This document shows positions 38,501 to 51,000 of a stretch of 64,000 nucleotides of DNA, in pieces. A program made the translations under genes and the position numbers. The DNA is taken from contig NC_043020.1 of assembly GCF_006345805.1 (NCBI RefSeq), forward strand, positions 20,832,001 to 20,896,000. Direction: 5' to 3'. The first letter of the stretch is position 1, and every line of letters starts with the position of its first letter. Origin of the DNA: Octopus sinensis (taxonomy: Eukaryota). The notes under the pieces were generated by a model. That model did no database searches and was not told where the DNA came from. It was given only the letters and a program-made list of their open reading frames with translations.

Positions 38501-41500
38501 GCGGCCCTTTGACCTGTCCAAAATGTGAGTGGGATAAGGAAACCGTCCCGTTCAGTGTTCGGAGGTGTCAGACGTGTGGGTTTATGCTGAACAACTGTTG
38601 TCTAGCACTCAAAGAGTACAGCTATCGACTGAGTCTATAGAAAAAATTGACCCGCCTGATTTCCTTTCGAAAGAAAGTAAGAATTGTTTTCTCATTGTAG
38701 TAGCAATTGTGAGAGAGGTGATTTGGAAGACGAGGCTGAAAGGATTAAAGTCAGGCACTTTCATCTCCGTCCGTAACTTGGATTATTATTTTACTTTTTA
38801 CCTTAAAAGGAAGATAGGGTTGGAGAGAAAATGCCTGACTGAATATATTTGAAAATCGATGGAAGAATGTAGCACGGATGTTGCGAGTGAATGTAACCTC
38901 ATGAATGCGACGCAGGACGTATCTCAGGTATCAGTGGTGAGGCGGGGCTCCTGGGGTCCGAATTGAACCTGCCTCCCCACTCCATCCGTAATGTCTTCCA
39001 GTCTGTCCTATCATTTGATTTATTTATATTTTTGTGAATTTTTGATGTCATCTTTATGTTATATCCAACCGTCCATCTGACCCCAATCAGATAGTATTGT
39101 CCCTTGTGGGAAATTAAAAAAAAATCACTCCTGTTGATTTTGACATATGAGTGAAGGAAAAGATTATTTTTTTTAATTTAAAAATTAAAGAAGCTGCATC
39201 TCTTTGTGATGGATGCATGAATGTAATTTGAGTCCAGGTATGGATTTTACTATGAAGTCATAGAGGGGACAATAATGATTTTGATTTTGCGTGGGATTGG
39301 GTAAATGTGTCTGATGATTGCAGGATATAATTCTTTAATTGCTTTGTTTAATTCAAATTGTTTGGATGCATCATGACACATTTTATGCCATGTAGATCAA
39401 TCTGAGCAATAACTTTCTCAAGATTTCAAATTAAGCTGTGGAGCTTTCAGTGATTGCCTTTACTTATTCTTATTCCTAAGGATGGTTGTTTCTTTACGGT
39501 GGTATTTTTCCTGCTACTTGTTGGCCATACAAAAGAATTCTTGGAATGCAATCATCTTACATTTGAAAATGTCTTATATTGGACATGGTCTTTCATTCAT
39601 CTTTCATTCGAACAACAGCATGTCCTATATCATATAAAATATCTGGCACACTGCTGTACTCAGGAAGACCTATCTGCAACAGCAGAATTCATACCAGTGC
39701 TAGTGCCATGTTAAAAGCACCCAGTACATTCTATGGAGTGGTTGGTGTTAGGAAGGGCATCCAGCCATAGAAACCATGCCACAACAGACAATGGAGCCTG
39801 GCATGGCCCCCTAGCCTTACCAGCTCTGGCCAAATTGTCCAAACCATGCCAGTATGGAAAATGGACATATGATAATGATGATATATATGTGTATGTGTCT
39901 GTATATATAGTTAATCCAAACATGAAATGACAAAGAGAAAACACAACAACACGAGGACGTGGAACAAGTATAGTGTTATTGGATGCTCAGGAAAGGAAAG
40001 AAAGAAGGAGGACTTAACGTTTTGAGCAGAGCTCTTCGTCAGTAACATAGGAAAAGGAAAGATCCAAAGAAGAAAAGACGGAGGAAAAAAATCGCCCACG
40101 GTGCACACGCAGTTATACACACACACACACTTTAATAGATGGTGAACTTAGCAGAGACAACACAGGGCTTGAGAGGATGCTTGCTGAGGTCAAGACTAAA
40201 CTTCTATAGTGTTGGTACCATGAAAAAATAGATTTAGTACACTTTGTAAAGTAGTTGTTGTTAGGAAGGGTATCTAGCTGTAGGAATCAAGCCAAAACTA
40301 AGTAACTGGAGGAGGTTTTAGTTCTCTGAGCTGTCATCAAACTGTCCAATCCTAGCCAACAAGGAAAGTAAACATAAAATGATGATCAAAATTATATTTG
40401 CAAAACCACACACACACACACACATTTATATTCAAACATCAGAGACAGATGCACAGTTCATTATTCTAGGTAGCAAGAACACCATTTAATTGGTGAATGT
40501 GTCACTGATTTGAAAGTGTCCAGTTCAGCTGACAAGCTCATGTACAGAAGGTGAGGTATTGCTGTTACAGCAGCAACAACAACAGATGCAGACACTGCAG
40601 GGACAGTATTAGTAACCATAGTAATAATCAATATTGTAATTTGAAAAAGAGAAGACAGAATAAAAAAACATACACAAAAAAGAAAGAAGCACTCCCAAGA
40701 TGCAATACCGATCACAACAGAAACAAAAGAAGAATCAACAGAAAAAAAAACAGGCACTACAGTAATAACATTTTGAAAGAATTGTAATTTGAAATAAACA
40801 AGAAAAATTTACAATAAACCACCTCCACCCCACCGCAGCCACCACCACCGCCGCCGCTGCCACTGCCATCGCCACCACCACCACCAACTTATCTTGATAA
40901 GTCAGCCAATATTTTATGACATCTTTCAATTTTCCCTGCCTAACCACAATTAAGAGATCTCGTTATGGAGGGAGAATGAAAGGGGAGTGGATGTAGGCGG
41001 TGGAAGTGAAGGGGATGAAAAGGGATGGTGCAGGGAGAAGACAGATTTAAAAAAAGGATCTGTGGTAATACTGCTATCACCATCTCCATAACAACCCTTA
41101 ACTCACCCAAACCCCAAAATTGTTTTCCCACTTTCTTTTTCTCACTTTCTCTAGTTGAGAATGCATCTACACAATGACTTGATTTGCTAAATATAATAGA
41201 CAAATCTCTCTCAAATCACACTCTACTGCCTTAAAGGACAGATTGTCTATATATTATGCCTTAAAAAAGATTGGGTCATCATAGTCAGGGTCTACAAAAA
41301 GGGGTGGGGGTGGTACCACTATATTGGCCCTAGGTATGGAGAACTAAGGAGGAGGCAGTGACTGTCTACTAGGATACAACTGAAGAAAAAATCCCAGCCT
41401 CAAAACTTTAGACTCTCTTTCATCCACCCAAGTTCCAAAACAACTATGCCCCACCGTGTCAAATTTCAGTCCCATACATGTAGATTACTTCTCAACCATG

Positions 41501-43014
41501 TAGTCTCTTCTTCAGTCACACTGCATGACACCTTGGCAAGTATCTTCCTCAATATCCCCAGGGTAACTGAAGTCTTATGAATAGATTTGGTAGTCAGAAA
41601 AAAAAGTCTTTCATATGTGTGTGTGTGTGTATAAGAAAAAAAAGGAATTAAAAAATCCAGGCAGATAAAGCACTCTTAACAATATCTAACAATCAGACAT
41701 CAATAAATTTAAGTAGAATACATAACCAAGGTAATTCCTTATGTATGAAAAGTAGATTCAAATATCATTTAGAATTTAAGTAATTTTGGATCACCTTAAA
41801 ACATGTTAACATGTATTTTCGGAATTATTAATTTCAATGATATTTTCTTTATCTAAATATGTTAATACAATAGAAACAATTGTCAGCCCTGTAAGGTGAA
41901 TTCTACATGTGTTTGTGATTAACATGTGTATGTGAATTTTAAAAAAGTGATTTCCTCTATGTGTATTTTTGTTGTGTGTTCGTGTGTGTGTGATAATATT
42001 AAATGTGTATCACCATCATGCAAATGATGTTTTTTTTTTCCAGTCTTCCATGAAAAACATGCCTGGCCAGAGAAAAATATTACCTTGCTTGGAAACAAAT
42101 GAAGTTTGACAACAAAACGGCTGGCCATAGGGAATCTGCCAAAGCAAACTATGTGTGATCCATGCAAAGATTAAATGTCATGCATCAATTTCAAATTAAG
42201 TTTATCTTATATATATATATATATATATATGGCAAGGACACCGAGATGGTGTCAGCCCTTCTGGTGACATCGATGATCGCCTGGGGCTAAATGCATCAGT
42301 AACACCCCCACCACCCCGCCCTGTCCCTAGCCACATTCAGATGGCTGATCTCCTTTATGTTATAGAGCAGTTACTGTTTATATCTCGCTCAGAGATTTAT
42401 TATTATATATATATATATATAATTAATCAATATTTTGTTATTTTGCGGTTGAAGCTTTGGCTGTTATTTCTAGTGGGTGAATGGCCTATTATGGCCGTTC
42501 CTTGATTGTTGATGTTGAACTTATAAATGGTCTATGACTATTTAATTTTTTCCCACTAGGCCGCTGGTGGCAAAAAAAAAAAAAAAAAAATTCTACAAAA
42601 TTTTTTGCCACCCTATATTGATTAATTATGAATTTTCTGGTTGATTCCGTAATGGAATCGGCGGCTTATATTTATTTGCTGCCGATAAATTTGGCGCGAG
42701 TGCGATGATTTGAAAATTTTAGGTCAGATATTGCCGAGGCAGGGACAGAAATGCCTCGTGAAAATATCTGTTCCGATCTGGCTATTTCTTACTGACGAAT
42801 CTAAGGGCCTATGGAAGATTGGCTTGATTTAATTTAATCAGGTTAGTTTACCATTAAACAGTAGATGAAACGGTGCATCGTATAAGAAATTACAGGGTAA
42901 ATGCTTTTTTTTTATTTTTCCTCTCGGTTTGCGGAATTAATGTTATTTTGCGGTTGAAGCTTTGGCTGTTATTTCTAGTGGGTGAATGGCCTATTATGGC
43001 CGTTCCTTGATTGT

Positions 43015-43050
<36 letters not shown>

Positions 43051-43595
43051 GTGTATATATATATATATTATATATATAAGAATGAATGTTTTTATATATA
43101 ATGAACGTGAAATACAGGAAGGGACGAACACGGAACACAGACAAATCATTCGAAGCCTTCAATCTTCAGTCAGACACCGAATCATCATAGCAAATTTCGG
43201 CTGTTCAATTCTGATATTTGCTCCAACTCGGCCAGCCCCAAGAAAAAAAACTAAGCTGTAAGCATTAGATTTGGTAGAAGATTTGGTAGAAGACAGGAAT
43301 GTGAACGCACAAGACGGATGTAAATACAAGAGACGAAATATATATATATATATATATATAATATATGTGTATATATATATAATATATATTGTATGTGTAT
43401 ATATATATATATATATATGTATGTGTATATATATATATATGTATGTGTATATATATATGTATATGTATATATATTATATATATGTGTGTGTATATATATA
43501 TATATATATGTATGTGTATATAATATATATATATGTGTATATATATATATATATATGTATGTATATATATATATATGTATATATATATATGTATG

Positions 43596-43626
<31 letters not shown>

Positions 43627-43631
43627 GTATG

Positions 43632-43664
<33 letters not shown>

Positions 43665-43669
43665 GTATG

Positions 43670-43701
<32 letters not shown>

Positions 43702-43702
43702 G

Positions 43703-43733
<31 letters not shown>

Positions 43734-44087
43734 GTATGTATATATATATATATATGTATGTATATATATATATGTATGTATATATATGTGTATATATGTT
43801 GATTTGTTAGTTACTGCACGCATTTTTTTTTTTTCTCTCCTTCTTTCTGTGTTTTTTTTCTCTCTGTGTATCTTTCTGTTGAAGAACGTAGGCTCGAAAC
43901 GTTAAAGACTTGTTTTATTTATATTTCCTGAGCGCCATACTAATACAATGTTTGTTTGTTTTCCACCTGCCTTTGTCCTTGTCTATTTTCATAAAGCTTC
44001 CCGTTATATATATATATATATATATGATGTATATATATATATGTATGTATATATATATATATGTATATATATATATGTATGTATATA

Positions 44088-44132
<45 letters not shown>

Positions 44133-44199
44133 TAAATATGATGTATATATATATATGTGTGTATATATAATATTATATATAATATATATATATAATGTG

Positions 44200-44233
<34 letters not shown>

Positions 44234-45064
44234 ATATTTAATCATATAGGGTGGCAAAAAATTTCGTAGAATTTATTTGCCACCAGCGGCCTAGTGGGAA
44301 AAAATTAAATAGTCATAGACCATTTATAAGTTCAACATCACAATCAAGGAATGGCCATAATAGGCCATTCACCCACTAGAAATAACAGCCAAAGCTTCAA
44401 CCGCAAAATAACATTAATTCCGCAAACCAGGAGAAAATTAAAAAAAACATTTACCCTGTAATTTCTTATACGATGCACCGTTTCATCTATTGTTTAATGC
44501 CAGATCCGAGCAGATATTATCACGAGGCACCTCTATCCCTGCCTCGGCAATATCTGACCTAAAATTTTCAAATCATCGCACTCGCGCCAAATTTATCGGC
44601 AGCAAATATAAGCCGCCGATTCCATTACGGCAGGGATAGAGGTGCCTCGTGATAATATCTGCTCGGATCTGGCTGTTCTTACTGACGATCTATCGGCCTA
44701 TGGAGATTGGCTTGATTTAATTTAATCAGGTTAGTTTACCTTAAACAATAGATGAAACGGTGCATCNNNNNNNNNNNNNNNNNNNNNNNNNNNNNNNNNN
44801 NNNNNNNNNNNNNNNNNNNNNNNNNNNNNNNNNNNNNNNNNNNNNNNNNNNNNNNNNNNNNNNNNNATTTATATATATGTATATGTATATTTATATATAT
44901 GTGTCGAAGAGCATAGGCTCGAAACGTAAAAGACTTTTTCTATTTCTATTCCTGAGCGCCATAGTAATATATTGTTTGTTTGTATCCCCCTGCCTTCGTC
45001 TTTTGTTTATTTTCATAAAGCTTCCCGTTATATATATTATATATATATATAATAATATATATAT

Positions 45065-45095
<31 letters not shown>

Positions 45096-48000
45096 GTGTA
45101 TAGAGGCACAATAGCCCAGTGGTTAGGGCAGTGGACTTGTGGTAATGATGATTTCGATCATAATTTCGACTCCCAACTGGGTGCTGTGATTGTTTATTGG
45201 GCAAAAACACCTAAAGCTCCACGAGGCTCCAGCAGGGTGTGGTGATGAACCTTGCTATATTCTTTCACCATAAATTTCTGTCACTCTTTCTTCCTGTTTT
45301 TGTTGTACTTGTATTTCAAAGGGCCAGCCTTGTTACACTCTGTGTCACGCTGAATCTCCCAGAGAACTACATTAAGGGTACACGTGTCTGTGGAGTGCTC
45401 AGCTACTTGTATGTTAATTTCACGAGCAGGCTGTTCCTTTGATCGGATCAACTGGTAACCTCATTGTAACCGACGGAGTGCCATGATGTGTCGTCTTCTA
45501 AATGTTTCACGTTCTTGTCCCAGTTTGTATATTTTTTTACTTTTATATATATATATATATATAAAGCATACCTTGCCTTAATTCGTCTTGATTTAAGTCA
45601 TTTTTTATTATTTAATTTATTTTATTTTATTATTTTATTATTTGGTTTTTAAAAATAATATATGGAAAAATAAAAATCAAGTGAAGTCATTTTAGTTGAC
45701 TTTACGTCTGTCCACCACAAATATTGGAATCATAAAATCACTAGAAAACCATTAAAAGCACATAAAACCATGTTACTGTACAATAAATAAGAATAAAAGC
45801 ATATAAAATCATATTAAAATATGTACAGTAAATGTTAAGATACACACCATAAAGTAGTGTAAGTTAGTGAACGAAATCATGAAATCAGCTGTGTAGTCTT
45901 ATTTACTGGTTTTCCGGAGCTCATTTTGCACTTTAGTTCCAATATCTACCGTTAGGCATCGTTATCACTCACGATTCCCACACTTGTTTTGAATTCAGAT
46001 TTGTTTATGTCTGTTTATCAACTACTTTCTCATTCTCATTCATTTGTGACTTTATTTTTTATCCCATTGGCTCCTAAGAAAATTCATAGTGGAAGTGCTA
46101 AACATGCTATAATGCTCGAAGTGAAACTGGTGATGATAAAACACCATGAAAAAGGTGAGAAAGTGGTAGCAATTGTACAATCTTTTTGGATCAGTCAGAC
46201 AACTGTATCGATGATTGTACATGATAAGGACAAGATTTTAGCACAAATCAAATCTGAAGCCCCAGGGATGAAGAGCATTGTCATCAATAAGAGGCAAAAT
46301 CTTTGAAGAAATGGTAAGTCTTCTTTCTCTTTGGATTGTTAGGTTGAATTGTCAGCGTGCAACTATTTTGAATTGACAGCGTACCACTATTAATCAAGAA
46401 ATCATTCAAGAGATAGCATTGTCTTAGGACCTGAAAAAAAAAAATCCAAATGAGAAAGATAGAGTTCAAGGTAAATTAAAGATGGTTCATGAGATTTAAT
46501 TACAGAACTGGGAATGGTTATTATCGGTTTAGCCTAGAGACACGTTAATTCGATTTAAGTCGTGTCTCCTGAAACCAATTAACGACGTAGGGTGAGGTAT
46601 GCCTGTGTATGTATATATATATATATATATATAAAATATTTATTGATAAAACGGTAAGATAACAAAAGAAAGAAAGAGACCTCAATATTATGTAAATAGA
46701 GGAAATTTATACAATAATATGTTACATTACTTGGTAGTCAAGATAAAACTCTGAGTTTCAGATGCTGAAGTGGAAATCCACAACACCATCTCTTCGGTTA
46801 TCTGGCTATTTGAAAACGCTATGAAAAAATACCGTTAAATAAAGAGAAATTACTGTACTTATACATCGCTCACATTTTTCATCATAAAAATTATATAAAA
46901 ATACATAAAAAATATATAAAAATATATAAATTCTTCTTGGGACATAACATAGAAAGCATGTTCTATCTGTTTTCTTTAGGGGACCAAAAACGTAACAGAA
47001 ATTTAGTCACATGTGGGCATGATCCGAAAAGCTCTGTCCTTGTATTGTCCTTGTTCAATAACCACACTGAGCTTTAGGCACTGGAACAAAAGAAAAGCGA
47101 CACAATTATCTGATCATATTTGGTCTTTAAGAGATAAAGGTGTCGATTATAACATACAATGGAAGATTTTGGCCAGATGTAAGCCCTATACCAACGGCAG
47201 CAGAAGGTGCGGCCTATGTGACATGGAGAGATGGCTTATCTGGAAAAGCAGCTTAGACCCTACTACATGTCTAAATACAAGGACAGAGCTTTTCGGATCA
47301 TGCCCACATGTGACTAAATTTCTGTTACGTTTTTGGTCCCCTAAAGAAAACAGATAGAACATGCTTTCTATGTTATGTCCCAAGAAGATTTTATATATTT
47401 TTATATATTTTTTATGTATTTTTATATAATTTTTATGACGAAAGATGCGAGCGATGTATAAGTACGCAGGCAAGCAGAGTTATAACACAATAATTTCCCT
47501 TTATTTAACGGTATTTTTTCATAGCGTTTTCAAATAGTCAGATAACCGAAGAGATGGTGTTGTGGATTTCCACTTCGGCATCTGAAACTCAGAGTTTTAT
47601 CTTGACTACCGAGTAATGTAACATATTATTGTATATATATATAAAATAGATTTTGTAAGAGTTTACTCCCTTAGTAATTAAGACATATTACAAAACGAGT
47701 TACTCCCCTCTAAAGAGGAAAGCAAACATAATTCATCCTTATCTCCCTTTGATACCTCTATTTTCGCATTTGCAAATATTTGCTCCCAAGCCTGTCCCAA
47801 CTGGACTCACTTTCTACGATCATCAGCTTGACTATCTCAACTTTCAGAAGAAATATAAAGCTAATATCTAGATTAACACTCAGCCTCCATAAAAAAAAAA
47901 AATGTAATAGTTGTAAAAAAAGAATGTGTAGTAAATGAACCTGAAAATAATTTGCAAAAACGAGCCGAGGGTGACGCGAGGACTTTCAGAAATTTACCAT

Positions 48001-51000
48001 GGTCCAATTTCCGCCCCCATAACTATTAGAAAAATGGATATCTTTCAATGAAACTTTATATAAATACCTTTCAAACGGCAAAGATTATGATTATAAAGAA
48101 ATTTGTAGGGAAAATTTTTTCCGAAGGGGTGGGGAGAGGATTTTTGGGAAAATTCACATGATCTGATTTTTTCCCACGTAACTTTCAGGACAATGGGTAT
48201 CTTTTTAATGAAAATTTATACAAATACTTTTCAAACGGCAAATTTTTTTCCGAGGGGGTAGGGAGAGAAGTTTCGGATCAAGAGGACCAAATAAGTTGGA
48301 ATTTCTCCGTTTTGATGGGGATTTTTCCAATTGTTTTTCACCACAGCCTTCGAAATAATGGAGAGCATCTTTTTATGAAAAAACAGTTTGGAAAATTTAT
48401 GATTTCTTTTTACTCCTCCTCCCACTTAATAATGATACCAATGGACCACACGCGTGCTCCTTAATTAAGCGAGGCCATGCGCGTGTAAGAACAGAAAAGT
48501 AGGCTATTAAAATGAATTATCTTTTATATAGCTTTTTAAAAAAAAAAATCATAGTGGATGAATGCCAGAAATGACTCGAGGCTCTCCAATCCCTTAAATA
48601 ATAATCAGAAGCAATTAAGGGCAGGGAGTGGGGTTGAAGAAAAATCATAAATTTTCAAATTTCTTTTTATAGCATAAATGTGTTTATGAGAAGAAAAATA
48701 TTGGAAAACATTAATACATGTGAGAGTGAGAAAGAAATGAGGAAGGCTTCTTGGGATGTGCTAGAAATGACACTTTTATCTCTGAAAATATTTACAATTT
48801 TTTTTTACCCAAAAGGCTCCTCCCATAGTTAAGTGCAAAACATTTGGCCAAACTCGGTCTGGAGTGGGGATGGGGGAGGTGGGAGTAAGAAAAGAACTTA
48901 CGTGGTTTTCCTGATCCAAAACTCCGCTTTTTTTCGAGACTGTTCTCCCCATCCCCGGAAAAAGTTTTCGTCACAAATTTCTTTATAATCGTAATTTATG
49001 CAGTTTGAAAGGTATTTGTATTAACTTTTATTAAAAGATATTCCTTTTCCTAAAAGTTATGAGGGAAAAAATCAGATCATGTGAATTTTGCCCAAAGTCC
49101 TCTCCTCCACCCCTACCCCGATTAGTTTGCGTAACTTTTGGTTTTTAGATTCGTTTACAACACATTTTTGTTTTACACCTATTACACTTACATTATTTAC
49201 ATTTGATGGATATTTGTCCACATCTTGTTAGTTGTTAACACGTTTCCAGCCTTCATCAGGTGTCTTGGGGAAATTTTGAACCTGGGTTCTCATTCCTAAG
49301 CTATTTTTCGATGTTATTATTATTGTCACTTGGGGTTAGTAGCCTGCGATCTTAATCACTACGCCATATGCCCGTGAGCAATTATGGAGTGAATTTTAGG
49401 GCTTATAAATCTAATATTCTCCTATCCTTCCTTAATACCGGTTCTCATATGCTGTTCATATCTGCACTCGGTCTGCTTAGGAGGTTGTTGTGTTCTAGCA
49501 TATGTGCTGCTTCTTTTAGTTTTCGTATTTTCCAGTGGTGCTCTCTGTCTATTATTGTAACTTCGTCCCACAGGGACAAATACCCGTCAAATGTAAATAA
49601 TGTACATAATTCCTCATCTCTTAAATATAGAACTGTATTACCTACTACACTCTTTTTGTTTTGGTGGCCAGGTGTTAAACTAGATATTAACCGAAATATA
49701 TTTCGTCGTCTTAACGTTCACTTCTCCATACATAGATGCATCCGACGGAATTGGCAAAAGCAGATTTTCTATGGCCGGATTTTTCGACCCTACGCTCATC
49801 TGATTTTAAGCAAGGATTCATGTGTTCTAAGGCAATTGAAGACAAATTACACTACTTCTACGACGACATTAATTGATTATAACTACTACGCTGTGTCAGG
49901 CACACACACATACATAAATGCATATATATATACACACACACACACACAAACATTAAATAGATAGATAGATAGATAAAGAGATAGAGACATAAATCCTTTC
50001 TCTGCACCTCATTCACAACTTATTCTCTCTCACACTGCTTTCCTCTCCTACCACTCCTTGTTCACATATGAAGCTCATGTGGTCCTGTGTTCACTGCACC
50101 TAGTTTTTTTTTTTTTTTAACTTTAGAGCTGTAAAACTAATCTATCTCCTTTCAATGTTTCCTGAAAAAAGGACTCTCTCAGAAACTCCCAACAGCAAAT
50201 TCCCTGTACTCATTTTTATCAATTTTACTATATAATAAATTAAGTACCAGTGAAATACCGGGGTCAATGTAATCAACTAGTCCCCTCCCCGCAAATTTCA
50301 GGCCTTGTGCCTTTAGTAGAAAGGATTATTATTATTAGGCAGCAAGCTGGCAGAATCATTAGCACACTGGACAAAATGCTTAGCAGTATTTTGTTTGCTG
50401 CTATGTTCTGAGTTCAAATTCCACCAAGGTCGGCTTTGCATTTTTTTCCTTTCAGGGTAAATAAAATAAGTACCAGCTTCTACACTGGGGTCAATATAAT
50501 TGCCTAGCTCTCTTTCCTTAAATTTTAGGCCTTGTACCTATAATAAAAAGGATGATTATTATTATTTGGCACGTAAAAAGCACCATCTGATCGTGGCCGT
50601 TTGCCAGCCTCGTCTGGCACCTGTGCAGGTGGCACATAAAAAGCACCCACTACACTCACGGAGTGGTTGGCGTTAGGAAGGGCATCCAGTTGTAGAAACA
50701 TTGCCAAATCAGACTGGGCCCGGCGCAGCCTTCTGGCTTCCCAGACCCCAGTTGAACCGTCCAACCCATGCTAGCATGGAAAATGGACGTTAAACGATGA
50801 TGATGATGATGATGATGATGATGAATTCATCTCTAGCTGGTGTAGACCAACACTAGCCTCTCTGGAGTTTATTTAATTTTAGTCACTGCAATCCCCACTC
50901 CCTACTTACGCCTTCTTGGTGATACCTGGCCATGTATATTATGACCTCCATACCTTGAGGGTGTGCCCTGGCAATTGCCACCATGTATCTCTCTCTTCTT

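Noticed and set aside
43145-43180. Minus-strand CTGAAGA-TTGAAGGCTTC-GAAT hammerhead-like motif
   Set aside because: GAAA is broken, stem II has a 1-nt loop, and I could not build stems I or III.
43251-44257. Long ORFs of 86-190 aa rich in Y/I/M/C (also 54579-55231, 32303-33020, 3357-3718, 15286-15720)
   Set aside because: They are translations of (TA)n, (CA)n and (AAT)n microsatellites that lack stops in some frames. No coding signal.
49368-49964. 198-aa plus-strand ORF
   Set aside because: It runs antisense across a Penelope-like fragment, its inverted terminus and flanking DNA. No recognisable domain.
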